A stretch of DNA of 48,179 bases from Octopus bimaculoides (Eukaryota): contig NC_068983.1 in assembly GCF_001194135.2 (NCBI RefSeq), positions 55,711,869 to 55,760,047 on the forward strand, written 5' to 3'. The translations under genes were made by a program, and so were the position numbers. Positions 47,069 through 48,179 of this stretch are shown here, in pieces. The notes beneath the pieces are model-generated. The model saw nothing but the letters and a program-made list of their open reading frames with translations, did no database searches and was not told the DNA's origin. Within the stretch, counting starts at the first letter, position 1; each line of letters begins with the position of its first letter.

Positions 47069-47500
47069 CTCTTTTCTACTCTAGGTACAAGGCCTGAAAT
47101 TTTCGGGGAAGGGGCCAGTCGATTAGATCAACCCAGTATGCAACTGGTACTTAATTTATTGACCCCAAAAGGATGAAAGGCAAAGTTGACCTTGGCGGAA
47201 TTTGAACTCCGAAAGTAAAGACAGACGAAATACCACTAAGCATCTCATCCGGTGTGTTAACGTTTCTTATTTCTTTATTGCCCAGAAGGGGCTAAACACA
47301 GAGGGGACAAACAAGGACAGACAAAGGGATTAAGTCGATTACATCGACCCCAGTGTGTAACTGGTACTTAATTTAACAACCCCGAAAGGATGAAAAGCAA
47401 AGTTGACCTTGGCGAAATTTGAACTCAGAATGTAAAGACAGATGAACTACCACTAAGCATTTCACCAGGTGTGTTAACGTTTCCGCCAGCTCACCGCCTT
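47069..47500 (-). mobile_element. SINE family B, dimeric form with a 14-bp TSD
   Basis: Same two-monomer layout as 2523-2961. TSD AGGGTGGATAACAA at 47055-47068 and 47501-47514. Confidence 0.95.
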
Positions 47501-48018
47501 AGGGTGGATAACAATTGCTCGATTAATGGTGTTGCAGAATACACTAAAATACTGACCAGGCATAGAGAGACAAAATAAAATTCTTCCATTTTGATTTGTT
47601 AACTTATTGTTTAATATTGGATCAACAATTTTTTTTTTAATGTAATTATGTAACAAAGCACAAGAATTATGTATATTGAGTGTAGCTCCACATTTATTTG
47701 TCTTGCCTGAGAGAGTTGAAGTATGTTATTAGGTAGTAATTAACAGCTATAGATTACACATAAAAGACACAACACAAAAAGAAAAAGAACAAAGTGTGTC
47801 ATAGATGTAAATAAACACAGGATAATTCCACTATGGAGCCATTCCTCATATTCCACCACTGATTGGCTTATGACATTTATGAAGGAATGACATGAGTAGA
47901 GATTGTTACATTTGTAAGTGAGGCAATACTAATAGTTAGATTGGTCATTAGTCTGTCTAAGTGAGAACTTGTTTGTGCACCACAAAATATAGTGACATAC
48001 ATGTATACATATATATAC

Positions 48019-48052
<34 letters not shown>

Positions 48053-48115
48053 TAGAAAGAGAAAGTAGGAAAAATTACATCATAAAAATCACAAGAGACA
48101 CATCTGTAATACAAA

Positions 48116-48157
<42 letters not shown>

Positions 48158-48179
48158 ATAACTATGATTATTTTAAAAG

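Noticed and set aside
47640-47915. Exon-like signals near the right end (minus-strand acceptor at ~47707; plus-strand TTT|GTAAGT at ~47912)
   Set aside because: No matching partner splice site with an open, phase-consistent frame was found.

Overview
Eukaryotic draft-assembly DNA, very likely octopus (coleoid cephalopod). This is inferred from four recurrent SINE-like families and very dense (TA/TG/CA/AAT/AGAT)n microsatellites. There are seven N-gaps. No prokaryotic genes, rRNA, intact tRNA or CRISPR arrays are present, and most ORF-track entries are microsatellite or gap artefacts. The window splits into two domains. Bases 1 to ~27.1 kb retain CpG and hold many TE fossils: Tc1/mariner, pogo/Tigger-like MITE, L1/Tx1, RTE, an RLE-type LINE, a Penelope GIY-YIG, an LTR-like segment and a possible Helitron end. 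This domain also has a few isolated exon candidates, one SRCR-like. From ~27.1 kb to the end CpG is depleted. Here a chain of phase-compatible micro-exons (16, 45, 28 and 37 nt) on the + strand spells an unrecognised peptide, (AKYVDVLKKYKLD)MEETLFTGAMPQTLNERPDILKIGRTFKS. The most interesting observations are: (1) minimal hammerhead-ribozyme motifs in a dispersed Penelope-related short element; (2) the micro-exon gene, with an LTR-like promoter cassette directly upstream of its putative first exon; (3) a ~140-bp tandem array of tRNA-like box A/box B units; and (4) a 284-bp intronic palindrome. All calls were made by eye, with no database searches.
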